This document shows positions 18,663-28,065 of a DNA stretch of 64,000 nucleotides, one piece after another; the stretch's first letter is position 1; each line of letters opens with the position of its first letter. The notes beneath the pieces are model-generated. The model saw nothing but the letters and a program-made list of their open reading frames with translations. It was not told the origin of the DNA and did not search any database. The DNA lies in NCBI GenBank assembly GCA_963530195.1, contig CAUSCW010000004.1, forward strand, positions 5,937-69,936, read 5' to 3'. Source of the stretch: an uncultured Campylobacter sp. Lineage in GTDB: Bacteria; Campylobacterota; Campylobacteria; Campylobacterales; Campylobacteraceae. The position numbers and the translations under genes are program-made.

Positions 18663-19337
18663 TTATTCTGCCTGCGCTGCGGCAATGACTGCACTAGGCT
18701 TGGACAGCTCTCCGCTTTCGGTTTTGACGGTGATGCGGTATTCGTATCCTTCGCCGTAATCGATATTGTCGATATATTCAGCACTAAGTCTGCCGCGAAC
18801 CTCTTTAATCGTGCTCCACGACTCGCCTCCTTTAGGACGGCGCTCGATTAGATAGGAGCTTACGCGAAGATCCGGATGCGGGCGCCAGATGATCTTAACG
18901 CGGCCAGGAAGCCCGTAGATCGCCTGCGCAAACGGCACGGACTCTAGCATTTTCGCCGTGCTTGCGATAGCGACTGGAGAAGGAGCCGAAACGCCCTTGG
19001 CGCCGTATGTGCGCACGGTGTATTTATACGAAGTGCCCGGCTGCAGCCTCGTATCTACGTAGTGAGTGGAGTATGGATCTGCGATGGTGGCGATCTTTTT
19101 GGCTTCGCCGCCGCTTGCGGGCGCTCGGTAAACGACAAAGCCCAGCACGGCGGCATCACCGTCGTATCTAGGCCACTCAAGCCCGATCTCATTGTCGCTC
19201 GTGATCGTCCTAATCCCCTCTACACGCGGAAGACTCTCGTCGCTTGCACTAGGCGCGCTAGACATAGCGCAGCCACCCGCTAATATCGCTAAAGTAGCGC
19301 TCAACGTTAGTCGGTAAAATTTTTTCATAAATTTCAT
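18663..19337 (-). CDS. Fibronectin type III domain lipoprotein (FlpA-like, two Fn3 domains)
   Basis: Lipobox LAGGC; YVDTRLQPGTSYKYTV, YEYRITV; syntenic between rluD and trmB. Confidence 0.8.
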   Translation of the reverse strand: MKFMKKFYRLTLSATLAILAGGCAMSSAPSASDESLPRVEGIRTITSDNEIGLEWPRYDGDAAVLGFVVYRAPASGGEAKKIATIADPYSTHYVDTRLQPGTSYKYTVRTYGAKGVSAPSPVAIASTAKMLESVPFAQAIYGLPGRVKIIWRPHPDLRVSSYLIERRPKGGESWSTIKEVRGRLSAEYIDNIDYGEGYEYRITVKTESGELSKPSAVIAAAQAE

Positions 19338-20940
19338 CCTTTACCTTTTGATTTGTCGTAAAATTTAGAAATTCGCTCGGCAAGCCCGCGCAAATTTTCA
19401 CCTCTTTGCCGCTTCGCGGATGGATGAAATAGAGCAAATAGGCATGGAGCAAAATTCTGCTAATTTTAGCGTTTTCGCTCTTAAATCCGTATAAATGATC
19501 GCCCAAAATGTGCCGATTTATCGAGCTTAAATGCACGCGGATCTGATGCGTGCGACCCGTGAAGAGCTTCGCCGCGACGAGATTGAAGCTCTTTAGGCTT
19601 ATCGGTGGCAGAATTTGGTTTTGAGCGGGATTTTTAAAATTTAAAGTTTTATTCTCGGCAAGACGGGCGGCTCTGGTTTGATCCGCGCTCATATCGGCGG
19701 ATAAAATTTTGTCGGCGCCCGCATATGCGCTCATTTTGGCGGTTAAAATTTTATCTACGTTATCCGCGCGGTTGCTTGGAATTTTATCTGCGCTTTGGAT
19801 TGAAATTTTATCCACGCTACGCATATGATTATTTAAAACTTTATCCTCGCCTGCGTAGTCGTTTAAAATTTTATCCATGCCCGCGTTCTTGCTCGCGCTC
19901 GATCCGGTAGTTGAAATTTCATCTGTGCCGGCGGATGGGTCTGCATTTAGAATTTCGTTCCCGCGCACGCTCACGTCGGTGGCTAAAATTTTACTCATAT
20001 CTGCGTCCCTGTTAGCGTTTAAAATTTTATCCTCGTCCGCATACATAGCCGAGATTTTGCCCGTATCTGTGGTTGCGTCTAAAATTTTATCGACATCTAA
20101 AATTTTATCCGTAGCGTCACCAGAAATTTTGTCCTTAGCCGAAATTCTACTTGCGCTTGCGTTCGCAGCTAAAATTTTATCGGCGGCTGAAATTTCATCC
20201 ATGCCCGCGCTCTTGTCGGCAGCTGTACCATCGCCCGCGCTCGTACTTGAAATTTCATTGCTCTTTTCGGCGGATTTTTGAAGTTCCGTTAGTTCCGCTC
20301 CGCTAAGAATTTCATAAAACGCGCTCTTTGCGCTGCGTCCGCCGGGCACAATCCCCATTTTTAGACGGTTTGCTGGGTTACGAGCGATAGGACGCTCGAT
20401 TACGCAGGGCTGCTTCAGCGGCAGGTCGATTAGCGCGAGGTATATCCGCCCCATGCTCTTATCGCTTAGCTGCGCCGAGAGCGCGGCGTGCGCGGCGTTG
20501 TTTTTAGCGACGAGCAGGGCGCCGCTGGTGAGTTTATCCAGGCGGTGCACGATGCCCGCGCGAAGCTCGCCTCCGAGCGTGGAAAGCAGATAGCCGCGAG
20601 AGTTGAGCCAGTCCACAAGCGTGGGCTCTTTAACGCTTGCGGCGGGATGGACGGTAAGGCCCGCGGGTTTATTTACCACGAGCAGATCATCGTCCTCGTA
20701 TAAAATTTCAACGTCGAAATCCAGCCGTTGCGCGCTTGTTTGCTGCGGCGCGGGCGCGGGGTAGTCGATGTGCACGAGTTCGCCAGCGGATAGCTTGTAG
20801 CCGGGCCTGCTCTGCACGACCCCGTCCACTCTGACCGCTTCGGATTTGATTAAATTTGATATTTGATTGCGCGAAATTCCAAGCTGCGAGCTTAAAAAAA
20901 CATCGAGCCTTTCGCTACATTGTGCTATTAGATTATCCAA
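19258..20940 (-). CDS. rluD: RluA/RluD family 23S rRNA pseudouridine synthase with ~235-aa insert
   Basis: S4 domain RLDVFL, VNKPAGL, HRLDKLTSG, TGRTHQIRVH, GDHLYG; DKIL/DEIS repeat insert at about 19590-20300. Confidence 0.9.
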   Translation of the reverse strand: MDNLIAQCSERLDVFLSSQLGISRNQISNLIKSEAVRVDGVVQSRPGYKLSAGELVHIDYPAPAPQQTSAQRLDFDVEILYEDDDLLVVNKPAGLTVHPAASVKEPTLVDWLNSRGYLLSTLGGELRAGIVHRLDKLTSGALLVAKNNAAHAALSAQLSDKSMGRIYLALIDLPLKQPCVIERPIARNPANRLKMGIVPGGRSAKSAFYEILSGAELTELQKSAEKSNEISSTSAGDGTAADKSAGMDEISAADKILAANASASRISAKDKISGDATDKILDVDKILDATTDTGKISAMYADEDKILNANRDADMSKILATDVSVRGNEILNADPSAGTDEISTTGSSASKNAGMDKILNDYAGEDKVLNNHMRSVDKISIQSADKIPSNRADNVDKILTAKMSAYAGADKILSADMSADQTRAARLAENKTLNFKNPAQNQILPPISLKSFNLVAAKLFTGRTHQIRVHLSSINRHILGDHLYGFKSENAKISRILLHAYLLYFIHPRSGKEVKICAGLPSEFLNFTTNQKVKDEIYEKILPTNVERYFSDISGWLRYV

Positions 20941-20993
20941 ATTTATACCTTTTTTGGCTATTCTTACGTCAAAATTTTAATTAGGATTAAGCG

Positions 20994-22100
20994 TTGTTTA
21001 AAATTGACAAAAAGATTTTAGCATATTTTGATTTCATTCAACCTTTTTTGATCGTACCGATAGTGGTTTTTTCATACGTTTTAATAAGCGAGGCAAACGA
21101 TGTGCTGTCCTCAAAACAGGTCGTTTATTTCAGCGTAGGATTTGCCGTTTTTACTCTATTTTTTCTCTTTCCGATACGCAAATTTTTATATCTGATCCCG
21201 ATATTTTATTGGACCAACATCATATTGCTGCTCAGCGTCGATTTTTTCGGCGTTAGCAAGCTAGGAGCGAGGCGCTGGCTGGAGATCCCTTTCGTGCATT
21301 TTACGCTGCAGCCCAGCGAGGTGATGAAGCCCGCGTTTATCCTGATGCTGATGTATCTGATACACAAAAATCCGCCGCCGAAAAACGGCTACGGGCTGAA
21401 GGATTTTTTGCGCCTTAGCTTCTACATACTTCTGCCTTTTGTTCTGATCGCTAAAGAGCCCGATCTAGGCACCGCCGCGATACTTTTTTTGACGGGATTT
21501 GCGATCCTTTTCATCATCGGCGTGGATAAAAAAATTTGGCTCACGCTCATCATCGTTTTTGTGGCCAGCTCGCCGATTTTGTACGAAAACATGCACGATT
21601 ATCAAAAAAAGCGCATCGCCGATTTTATCAGCGAGGAGCCCAATTACCAGGTTAAGCAGGCAATCATCGCTATCGGAAACGGCGGCATCTACGGCAAGGA
21701 TAGGGATGAAGCGACGCAGACGCACTTTAAATTCTTGCCGATTGCGACGAGCGATTTTATCTTCGCTTATACGATCGAGCGCTTCGGCTTCGTGGGGGCT
21801 GCCGCGCTGATCGCGCTGTATGCGCTGCTGATACTGCATCTGCTAAGCCTGAACTACGATTTTAAAAGCGATTATCTGATACGGGTCTTTACGAGCGCGC
21901 TTGCCTCGCTCATTTTCATTTATACGGGCGTCAATATCTCGATGGTGGTGGGCTTCGCGCCCGTCGTGGGCGTGCCGCTGCCGTTTTTCAGCTACGGCGG
22001 CAGCAGCTTCATTACCTTTATGATCCTCTTTGGAATTTTACAAAATTTGCTGACGTTTAGGATGAAGGATAACTACAAAACCTACAAGATCAGGATGTAA
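20994..22100 (+). CDS. rodA: Rod shape-determining SEDS protein RodA
   Basis: GARRWL, QPSE, EPDLGTA, SDFIF, PFFSYGGSS. Confidence 0.93.
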   Translation: MFKIDKKILAYFDFIQPFLIVPIVVFSYVLISEANDVLSSKQVVYFSVGFAVFTLFFLFPIRKFLYLIPIFYWTNIILLLSVDFFGVSKLGARRWLEIPFVHFTLQPSEVMKPAFILMLMYLIHKNPPPKNGYGLKDFLRLSFYILLPFVLIAKEPDLGTAAILFLTGFAILFIIGVDKKIWLTLIIVFVASSPILYENMHDYQKKRIADFISEEPNYQVKQAIIAIGNGGIYGKDRDEATQTHFKFLPIATSDFIFAYTIERFGFVGAAALIALYALLILHLLSLNYDFKSDYLIRVFTSALASLIFIYTGVNISMVVGFAPVVGVPLPFFSYGGSSFITFMILFGILQNLLTFRMKDNYKTYKIRM

Positions 22101-22201
22101 ATTTAGCCCGCACGGATAAATTTTGAAATTCTACAAAATCGCGCGAGGTTTATTTTGAGCTTCTGGCGGTGAAATTTGAAGTAGGCGCTAAATTTAGCTC
22201 G

Positions 22202-22528
22202 CTACAAAATCACGCCGATGCCGAGCGTAAAAACCACCGCGAAAAAGGCGTATGTAAAGGCAAATTCCAAAGTTTGCGAATTAAAAAATCCGTAGTACAA
22301 AACGCTCGTGAAAAATCCGCCCACGAAGGCTACGGCAAAGATCCCGATCCGCGCTGCGACTGGCTTTGCGCCGCAAAATTTGTATAGGTAAAAAACCCCG
22401 CAGAAGCTGATCGCAAACCAGATCATCGCAGGCACTGGCCCGCTTAGGCCTATCATTCCGAAAAGATTGGCTAAATTTAAAAGCAGTAAAAATATCACCA
22501 CAAGCGCGATCAGCGCGGATTTGATCAT
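22202..22528 (-). CDS. Hypothetical 4-TM membrane protein
   Basis: Hydrophobic ORF with ATGA overlap to the upstream gene. Confidence 0.65.
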   Translation of the reverse strand: MIKSALIALVVIFLLLLNLANLFGMIGLSGPVPAMIWFAISFCGVFYLYKFCGAKPVAARIGIFAVAFVGGFFTSVLYYGFFNSQTLEFAFTYAFFAVVFTLGIGVIL

Positions 22529-23268
22529 CTATCGCGCCTTGCATCGGGCGCGGAATTTTCGTTCGAATCTAGCTTGGAATTTTCGCCGCCCTGATTGAAA
22601 TTTTGCGAGGAATTTTCATCCGCGCCGCCTTCGCCCGCGCCGCCATTTGAAATTTTAAAATTTTCGTCGGAAATTTCACCGACGCGATGCGTAGAATTTT
22701 CATCGGCGCCGCTTGTGAAATTTTCACCGAAGTCGCCACTGGAGTTTAAAATTTCATCCTCGTTTTGAGAATTTAAAATTTCGCCGCCGCTTTTAAAGTT
22801 TAAAATTTCATCAGCCGCAGCGTCTTTGCTTTGCGGCTCCCGCGTCTCTTTTGCGCCGCCGAAATCCGCGTCTTTTAAATTTGCGTTCTCATCTAAATTT
22901 TTAGAGCCTTTGTCCGCAGAATTTTTATAAATTTTATTTGAAAATCTTTTGTGCCTGATCTGCAGATAAAAGACGAAGGCGACGAACGCCACCGCCGTGA
23001 TCGCGATGTAGTAGCGGTTTTCGAAGAGCAGCACGCCCTCTACCAGCCCCGAAAACAGCGCGAGCAGCGAGGCGGTAAGAAACGGAAAGCGCACTACGTC
23101 TTTTTCGCCGATCGCTAAGGCGATGAGCGCGACGCCGAATATCGTGGCGTTTAGCAGTGCGCCTAGGACTTTGATCTCGGCAAAAAGGCTCGGATTGACG
23201 CGCGAAGTGACGTAGGGCGCGAGCGCGACGGCGGCGAAAAGTAGGATCAAAAATACGATTTTTTTCAT
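22525..23268 (-). CDS. Hypothetical membrane protein with acidic DEILN/ENF low-complexity tail
   Basis: Likely start MKKIVFL at 23268 after AAGG; 4 TM then a RAATTY-rich tail. Confidence 0.65.
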   Translation of the reverse strand: MKKIVFLILLFAAVALAPYVTSRVNPSLFAEIKVLGALLNATIFGVALIALAIGEKDVVRFPFLTASLLALFSGLVEGVLLFENRYYIAITAVAFVAFVFYLQIRHKRFSNKIYKNSADKGSKNLDENANLKDADFGGAKETREPQSKDAAADEILNFKSGGEILNSQNEDEILNSSGDFGENFTSGADENSTHRVGEISDENFKISNGGAGEGGADENSSQNFNQGGENSKLDSNENSAPDARRDR

Positions 23269-23935
23269 TTCAGACCTTTTAAAATTTATCTTTAATTTAC
23301 GATTCAGCTGCACCTTTAATGCACATAGAGCGCAGGCATCGGCGCGTTGCAACTGCCGCGTTCGCAGCATTACGCAAATATCGCGCGTCCTGCGGACATA
23401 GCGCGAAATTTTAGGGCGCTACCGCGCCGTTAAGCGCGGCTAGAGCGATATTACACGCTCATAACTTAAAGCGCAATCCTAATTGTGCGGACGCGGTTTG
23501 AAAGACGGCTCGCATTAGCGTGACTAAATCGTTATTTTCGTGCGGCTTAAATGCGATTTTGTCGGTAAATTTAACCGCCAGCCGCGCTCTGCTGCGCTCG
23601 TAGCGCCAAGTCCGCGTTTAAAAGTTTTACGCCAAGCTGCGCTAAAAGTTCCGCGTCTAAGCCGTATGCGTCCCCGGACCGCATATACCGCAAGATGCTC
23701 CGCAAAATTTACCCGCCAGCAGTAAATATTCGGCACGCGGGCGAATTTTACACGCAAACGCCGCACGTTTTACTTTAAATTTAGCGCGGCGGGCTTTAAA
23801 ATTTTAAATTTACCGCCTCCGCACTCTGTTTATCCGCAAGAGCTATCGCACCTGCTAAAATTTATCTGCGGAGCAGATCTCGCGCCGAAATAAAATTCAT
23901 ATCGCTTGCAAAAATGCGCGGCGCGTAAAATTTCA

Positions 23936-25774
23936 TCACTTGTTTTTCTGAAAGTACGCGTCCACGCCGTTTGCGATACCCTGAGCGATGCGGTCTTGAT
24001 AGGCGCTTTTGCCTAAATTTTTACCCTCATCCGGGTGCGTGATGTAGCCGATCTCCACGAGTACTGCGGGCATCGTAGCGCCTACCAGCACCCAAAACGG
24101 CGCCTCGCGCACGCCGCCGTCCTTGCTTGAAAAGCTCTTTTTGACCGAGCTTAGCATATAGCTTTGAATATCGATGGCAAGCTTGTTTGAAGAGATTATC
24201 TTCTCGCGGTTTAAAAAATTTAGGAAGGTCTGCTTCGAGAAGGTATTCATATCCTCCAAATCGCCCCTGTTTTCGAGCGCGGCGGCGTTTTTACTGCGCT
24301 CGCTTCTAGCCGGGCTTAAGAAAAATGTCTCCACGCCGCTCATTTTAAGTGCTGAGCTAGCGTTAGGAGCGGCATTTGCGTGGATCGAAATAAACATATC
24401 GGCGTTTTTTTTAGCGGCGAAAGCAGTGCGCGATCGTAGATTTATAAAAATGTCGGTGCTACGCGTGTAAAGCACCCTATAGCCGCGCTTTTGAAGCAGC
24501 GCGCCGAGCTTTTTGGATGTGGCTAGCACGACATTTTTTTCCTTTAGCCCGTTTCCGACCGCGCCAGAATCGCTGCCGCCGTGACCGGGGTCGATTACGA
24601 TGAGCTTGCCCTTAGTGGATTTGTAAATTTTACCGGCGGCTACGGACGCGGTTTTGGCGCCTTGAGATTCATCTATCGTGCTGATTTGCGGCTCGCTATC
24701 TTGCTCTCGTCCGCGCTTGCGCCCTGATTTTTGATCCTTGTTTTTTTCTTCGCGCGCGGATTTTGTGGCTTTTAAGCCTTCAGCCGTACTTAAAATCATC
24801 ATATTGCCGTTAATTTCTACGTTTGCGTTGAATTCTTTCGGGTCGCTAAGTACGATGCGCACGGTCTTATCGTTGTATTGCGAGGCGCGTACATCGCTAA
24901 CGAAGCTATCTTTAAGCCGCGTTTTTTGTGACTTTTGCCGCGCGCTAAAATCAATCACGAAGCGAAAATTATCGCTACCTGCGATCGTAAAATCTTTATA
25001 ATCGCTGCGCTTTAGATCGCGGTTAAACTCAAGTACGATCTCATCTCCATCGCCGCGCAGCGATGCTAGAGCGAGTTTGGCATCGGGGGCGGATTTTTTT
25101 ACGCTGCTTTTGCGAAGCTCAGAATCTAATCGCTCGGTCGCAGCACTATCCGCAGAATTCTGCGCTTGCGAGGACTCGTTAGTTTCTGCGGGATTTTCGC
25201 TCGCGTCGTTGCTACGCGCATCGTCTGTTAAATTTTGTGCGTCGTCTGCGCCGCGGGGCCTAGTGGAGCGTAAAAACTCCAAATCCTCGCTAGATAGCGA
25301 GCTTAGATCGGCTTCTTCTGGCGCGCGCGTATTTTTGAGATTTTTGGAAGTGGAATTTTTTGAATTCTTAGAATTTTTGGAGGCGGAGGCTTTGGGGCTA
25401 TGCGCTAAATTTGAAGCGTTTTTCTCGTCCGAGCTTTTGGAATTTTTTGCGTTTTCATCTTTGAGCTTTTTAGAATTCGTGCTGCTATCGCTTGCTTTGC
25501 CCTGTAATTTGGCTAGCGCAGATTCATAAGGCGAGGAGTCAAGTCCTAAATTTTTCGAGCTGTAAACCAGCCTCTTTAGCGCTTTAATGCGGACCTCTTT
25601 ATCGGACGCGCCTTGGTAGAGCGATTTTAACTCTTTGTGCAGCGAGCGCTTGTAATTTAGCGTCGCTACGATGAAATCCTTGTCGAATTTCGCAAAAAAC
25701 GCTTCGCTGGAAGCTCCAAACGCCAATACGCAGCTAAAAGCCGCGATTAGAAAAATTTTAACTATCTTCGCCAT
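23936..25774 (-). CDS. amiA: N-acetylmuramoyl-L-alanine amidase (AMIN + Amidase_3)
   Basis: IDPGHGG, EKNVVL, SIHANA, PAVLVEIGY; KNS-rich low-complexity linker at about 25080-25500. Confidence 0.92.
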   Translation of the reverse strand: MAKIVKIFLIAAFSCVLAFGASSEAFFAKFDKDFIVATLNYKRSLHKELKSLYQGASDKEVRIKALKRLVYSSKNLGLDSSPYESALAKLQGKASDSSTNSKKLKDENAKNSKSSDEKNASNLAHSPKASASKNSKNSKNSTSKNLKNTRAPEEADLSSLSSEDLEFLRSTRPRGADDAQNLTDDARSNDASENPAETNESSQAQNSADSAATERLDSELRKSSVKKSAPDAKLALASLRGDGDEIVLEFNRDLKRSDYKDFTIAGSDNFRFVIDFSARQKSQKTRLKDSFVSDVRASQYNDKTVRIVLSDPKEFNANVEINGNMMILSTAEGLKATKSAREEKNKDQKSGRKRGREQDSEPQISTIDESQGAKTASVAAGKIYKSTKGKLIVIDPGHGGSDSGAVGNGLKEKNVVLATSKKLGALLQKRGYRVLYTRSTDIFINLRSRTAFAAKKNADMFISIHANAAPNASSALKMSGVETFFLSPARSERSKNAAALENRGDLEDMNTFSKQTFLNFLNREKIISSNKLAIDIQSYMLSSVKKSFSSKDGGVREAPFWVLVGATMPAVLVEIGYITHPDEGKNLGKSAYQDRIAQGIANGVDAYFQKNK

Positions 25775-26846
25775 TTACAAGTTTTTCTATCAATTCCTTC
25801 ACGGATATTATTTCGTTTAATCGCCATCCATTCGCGCCGGTAAAAAACAGACCGCTTTGCGTTTTGCCAAGATATGCGTCGCTTAGGCGATCTGCGATAC
25901 AGTATCCTACGGCGTTAGCGCCTTTGCCGCGCTCGCATGGGCTTACGCAGTTGCTGATACAGCGGATTTTGGGCGCCGTGCCTGCGGCGATCATATCTTG
26001 TAAATTTGTATGAATTCCTCGCGCGGGATAGCCCACGGGCGATTTTAGAAGCTCAATGTCCTCTTTTTTGGCGTTAAGAAGCACCTGCTTAAATTCCTCC
26101 GCGGCGTCGCATTCAAAGGTGCCGATGAAGCGCGTGCCCATCTGCACGCCGTCGGCGCCCAAAGACTTCACGCGATCGATGTCGGTTTTATCCCAAATTC
26201 CTCCTGCGACAAATAGCGGGAAGCTGCCCCATTGCGAGATTTCTGCTTTTACTTGCGGGATTAGATTATCTAGCGCAAACGCCGGATCGCCGCACTGCTC
26301 GTAGGTAAAGCCCTGATGTCCGCCGCTAAGAGGGCCTTCGAGCACTACGGCGTCGGGAATTCTGTCGTAGCGCTGCTTCCAGCGCTTGGCGATGATCTTA
26401 AGAGCCTTAGCGGAGGAGACGATAGGCACGAGCGCGACGTCCGGGAAATCGGCCGTAAATTCCGGCAGATTGGTAGGAAGACCCGCACCGCTTATAATGA
26501 TGTCGATACCCGCCTCGCACGTGTCGCGCACGATGCGTTCGTAGTCGTTCGCCGCGCACATTACGTTCATCCCCAAAGGCGCATTGCCACAAATTTTACG
26601 GGCGTTTTGTACGATTGTAAAAAGCGCCTCTTTGCTATAAAAATTCTCGCTTTGATAGGGTCTGCCCTCGAGCGATTTTTTGGCAAATTTAAGATTTTCG
26701 TAGTAGCCTGTGCCGACCGAGCTAATCACGCCTAGGCAGCCGTTTAGGCTGACATTGCCGGCTAGCTTGTCCCAGCTGATACCAAGTCCCATGCCGCCTT
26801 GAATTATCGGGTGCGCAATCTCGTGTTTGCCTATTTTTATACTCAT
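25758..26846 (-). CDS. Nitronate monooxygenase / FabK-FabX-like flavoprotein
   Basis: PIIQGGMG, SGAGLP, EGPLSGGHQG, GVQMGTRF, CxxxCxxxC cluster. Confidence 0.85.
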   Translation of the reverse strand: MSIKIGKHEIAHPIIQGGMGLGISWDKLAGNVSLNGCLGVISSVGTGYYENLKFAKKSLEGRPYQSENFYSKEALFTIVQNARKICGNAPLGMNVMCAANDYERIVRDTCEAGIDIIISGAGLPTNLPEFTADFPDVALVPIVSSAKALKIIAKRWKQRYDRIPDAVVLEGPLSGGHQGFTYEQCGDPAFALDNLIPQVKAEISQWGSFPLFVAGGIWDKTDIDRVKSLGADGVQMGTRFIGTFECDAAEEFKQVLLNAKKEDIELLKSPVGYPARGIHTNLQDMIAAGTAPKIRCISNCVSPCERGKGANAVGYCIADRLSDAYLGKTQSGLFFTGANGWRLNEIISVKELIEKLVNGEDS

Positions 26847-28051
26847 TAATCCACCTTTAATTTAGCGAATTTTTTCTTTCCTACTTGGAGTGTATATTCG
26901 CCAGAGCTAAGCTGAAGCTGCTCATCTAAAATTTTATTTTGATCGATACTGACGGCGTTTGATTTTATCAACCTGCGCGCATCCGAGCTGGATACTGCGA
27001 GCTTGCAGCTGATGAGCGCCTTTACGATCCATGCAGGCGAGCTTACGTGGTACTCCTTGATCTCGCTAGGAAGCTCGCCGGCGCCGTGGACGCGGTCAAA
27101 TTCCTGCTTGGCTTCAAAGGCGGTGTTTTCGTCATAAAATTGCGTGACGATCTCGGAGGCAAGCTCCTCCTTAACCGCCTTAGGATGGATTGAGCCATCC
27201 GCCACGAAGCCTTTTATTAGCTCAATATCTTCGCTGCTCTTTTGGCTTAGCAGATTATACCAATCCCACATTAACGCATCGCTGATACTCATCACCTTGC
27301 CGTACATATCATGCGGCGTATCGGTTACGCCGATGTAGTTACCAAGGCTTTTGCTCATTTTGTTTGTGCCGTCGGTACCTACCAAAAGCGGCATCATCAC
27401 GACGCTTTGCTCTTTACCGATATCGTAAATTCTTTGCAGCTGGCGACCCATTAAAAGATTAAATTTCTGATCGGTACCGCCGAATTCTATATCGCATTTC
27501 ATGCAAACGCTGTCGTATCCCTGCAACAGCGGATACATAAACTCGCTGATGCTGATCGGCTGCTCGGCCTTGTAGCGCTTCTCGAAGTCGTCGCGCTCGA
27601 GCATCCTGGCAACATTGAAAGTGCTTGATAGCTCGATCATACCGCTAGCACCCAGGCGGTTGGTCCATTCGGAGTTAAACATCACCTTGGTTTTGGCGGG
27701 ATTTAAAATTTTAAAGACCTGCTGCTCGTAGGTTTTGGCGTTTTGAAGCACGACTTCGCGCGCTAGCTTTTTACGAGTCTCGCTCTTGCCCGTAGGATCG
27801 CCGATTTGAGCGGTAAAATCGCCGATTAGAAATTGCACGATCGCGCCGTGGTTTTGTAAAAACGCGAGTTTATTTAGAACGACGGCGTGTCCTAGGTGTA
27901 GATCCGCAGCAGTGGGGTCCATGCCGATTTTGACGTAAAAGACCTCGCCGCTGTCGTAGTAGCGCCTAATCAGTGCCTCAATCTGTTCTTCGCCGATGAT
28001 CTCCGCGACACCGCGCTTAAAATTTTCCATAATGCCTTGAATGTCAGCCAT
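26846..28051 (-). CDS. tyrS: Tyrosine--tRNA ligase
   Basis: GMDPTAADLHLGH, YPLLQGYD, GGTDQKFN, KMSKS. Confidence 0.97.
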   Translation of the reverse strand: MADIQGIMENFKRGVAEIIGEEQIEALIRRYYDSGEVFYVKIGMDPTAADLHLGHAVVLNKLAFLQNHGAIVQFLIGDFTAQIGDPTGKSETRKKLAREVVLQNAKTYEQQVFKILNPAKTKVMFNSEWTNRLGASGMIELSSTFNVARMLERDDFEKRYKAEQPISISEFMYPLLQGYDSVCMKCDIEFGGTDQKFNLLMGRQLQRIYDIGKEQSVVMMPLLVGTDGTNKMSKSLGNYIGVTDTPHDMYGKVMSISDALMWDWYNLLSQKSSEDIELIKGFVADGSIHPKAVKEELASEIVTQFYDENTAFEAKQEFDRVHGAGELPSEIKEYHVSSPAWIVKALISCKLAVSSSDARRLIKSNAVSIDQNKILDEQLQLSSGEYTLQVGKKKFAKLKVD

Positions 28052-28065
28052 TTGCTCTCCCTTAT

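Noticed and set aside
16650..20300. Inteins in TrmB and RluD
   Set aside because: Low-complexity sequence with no HINT blocks, His-Asn terminus or endonuclease motifs
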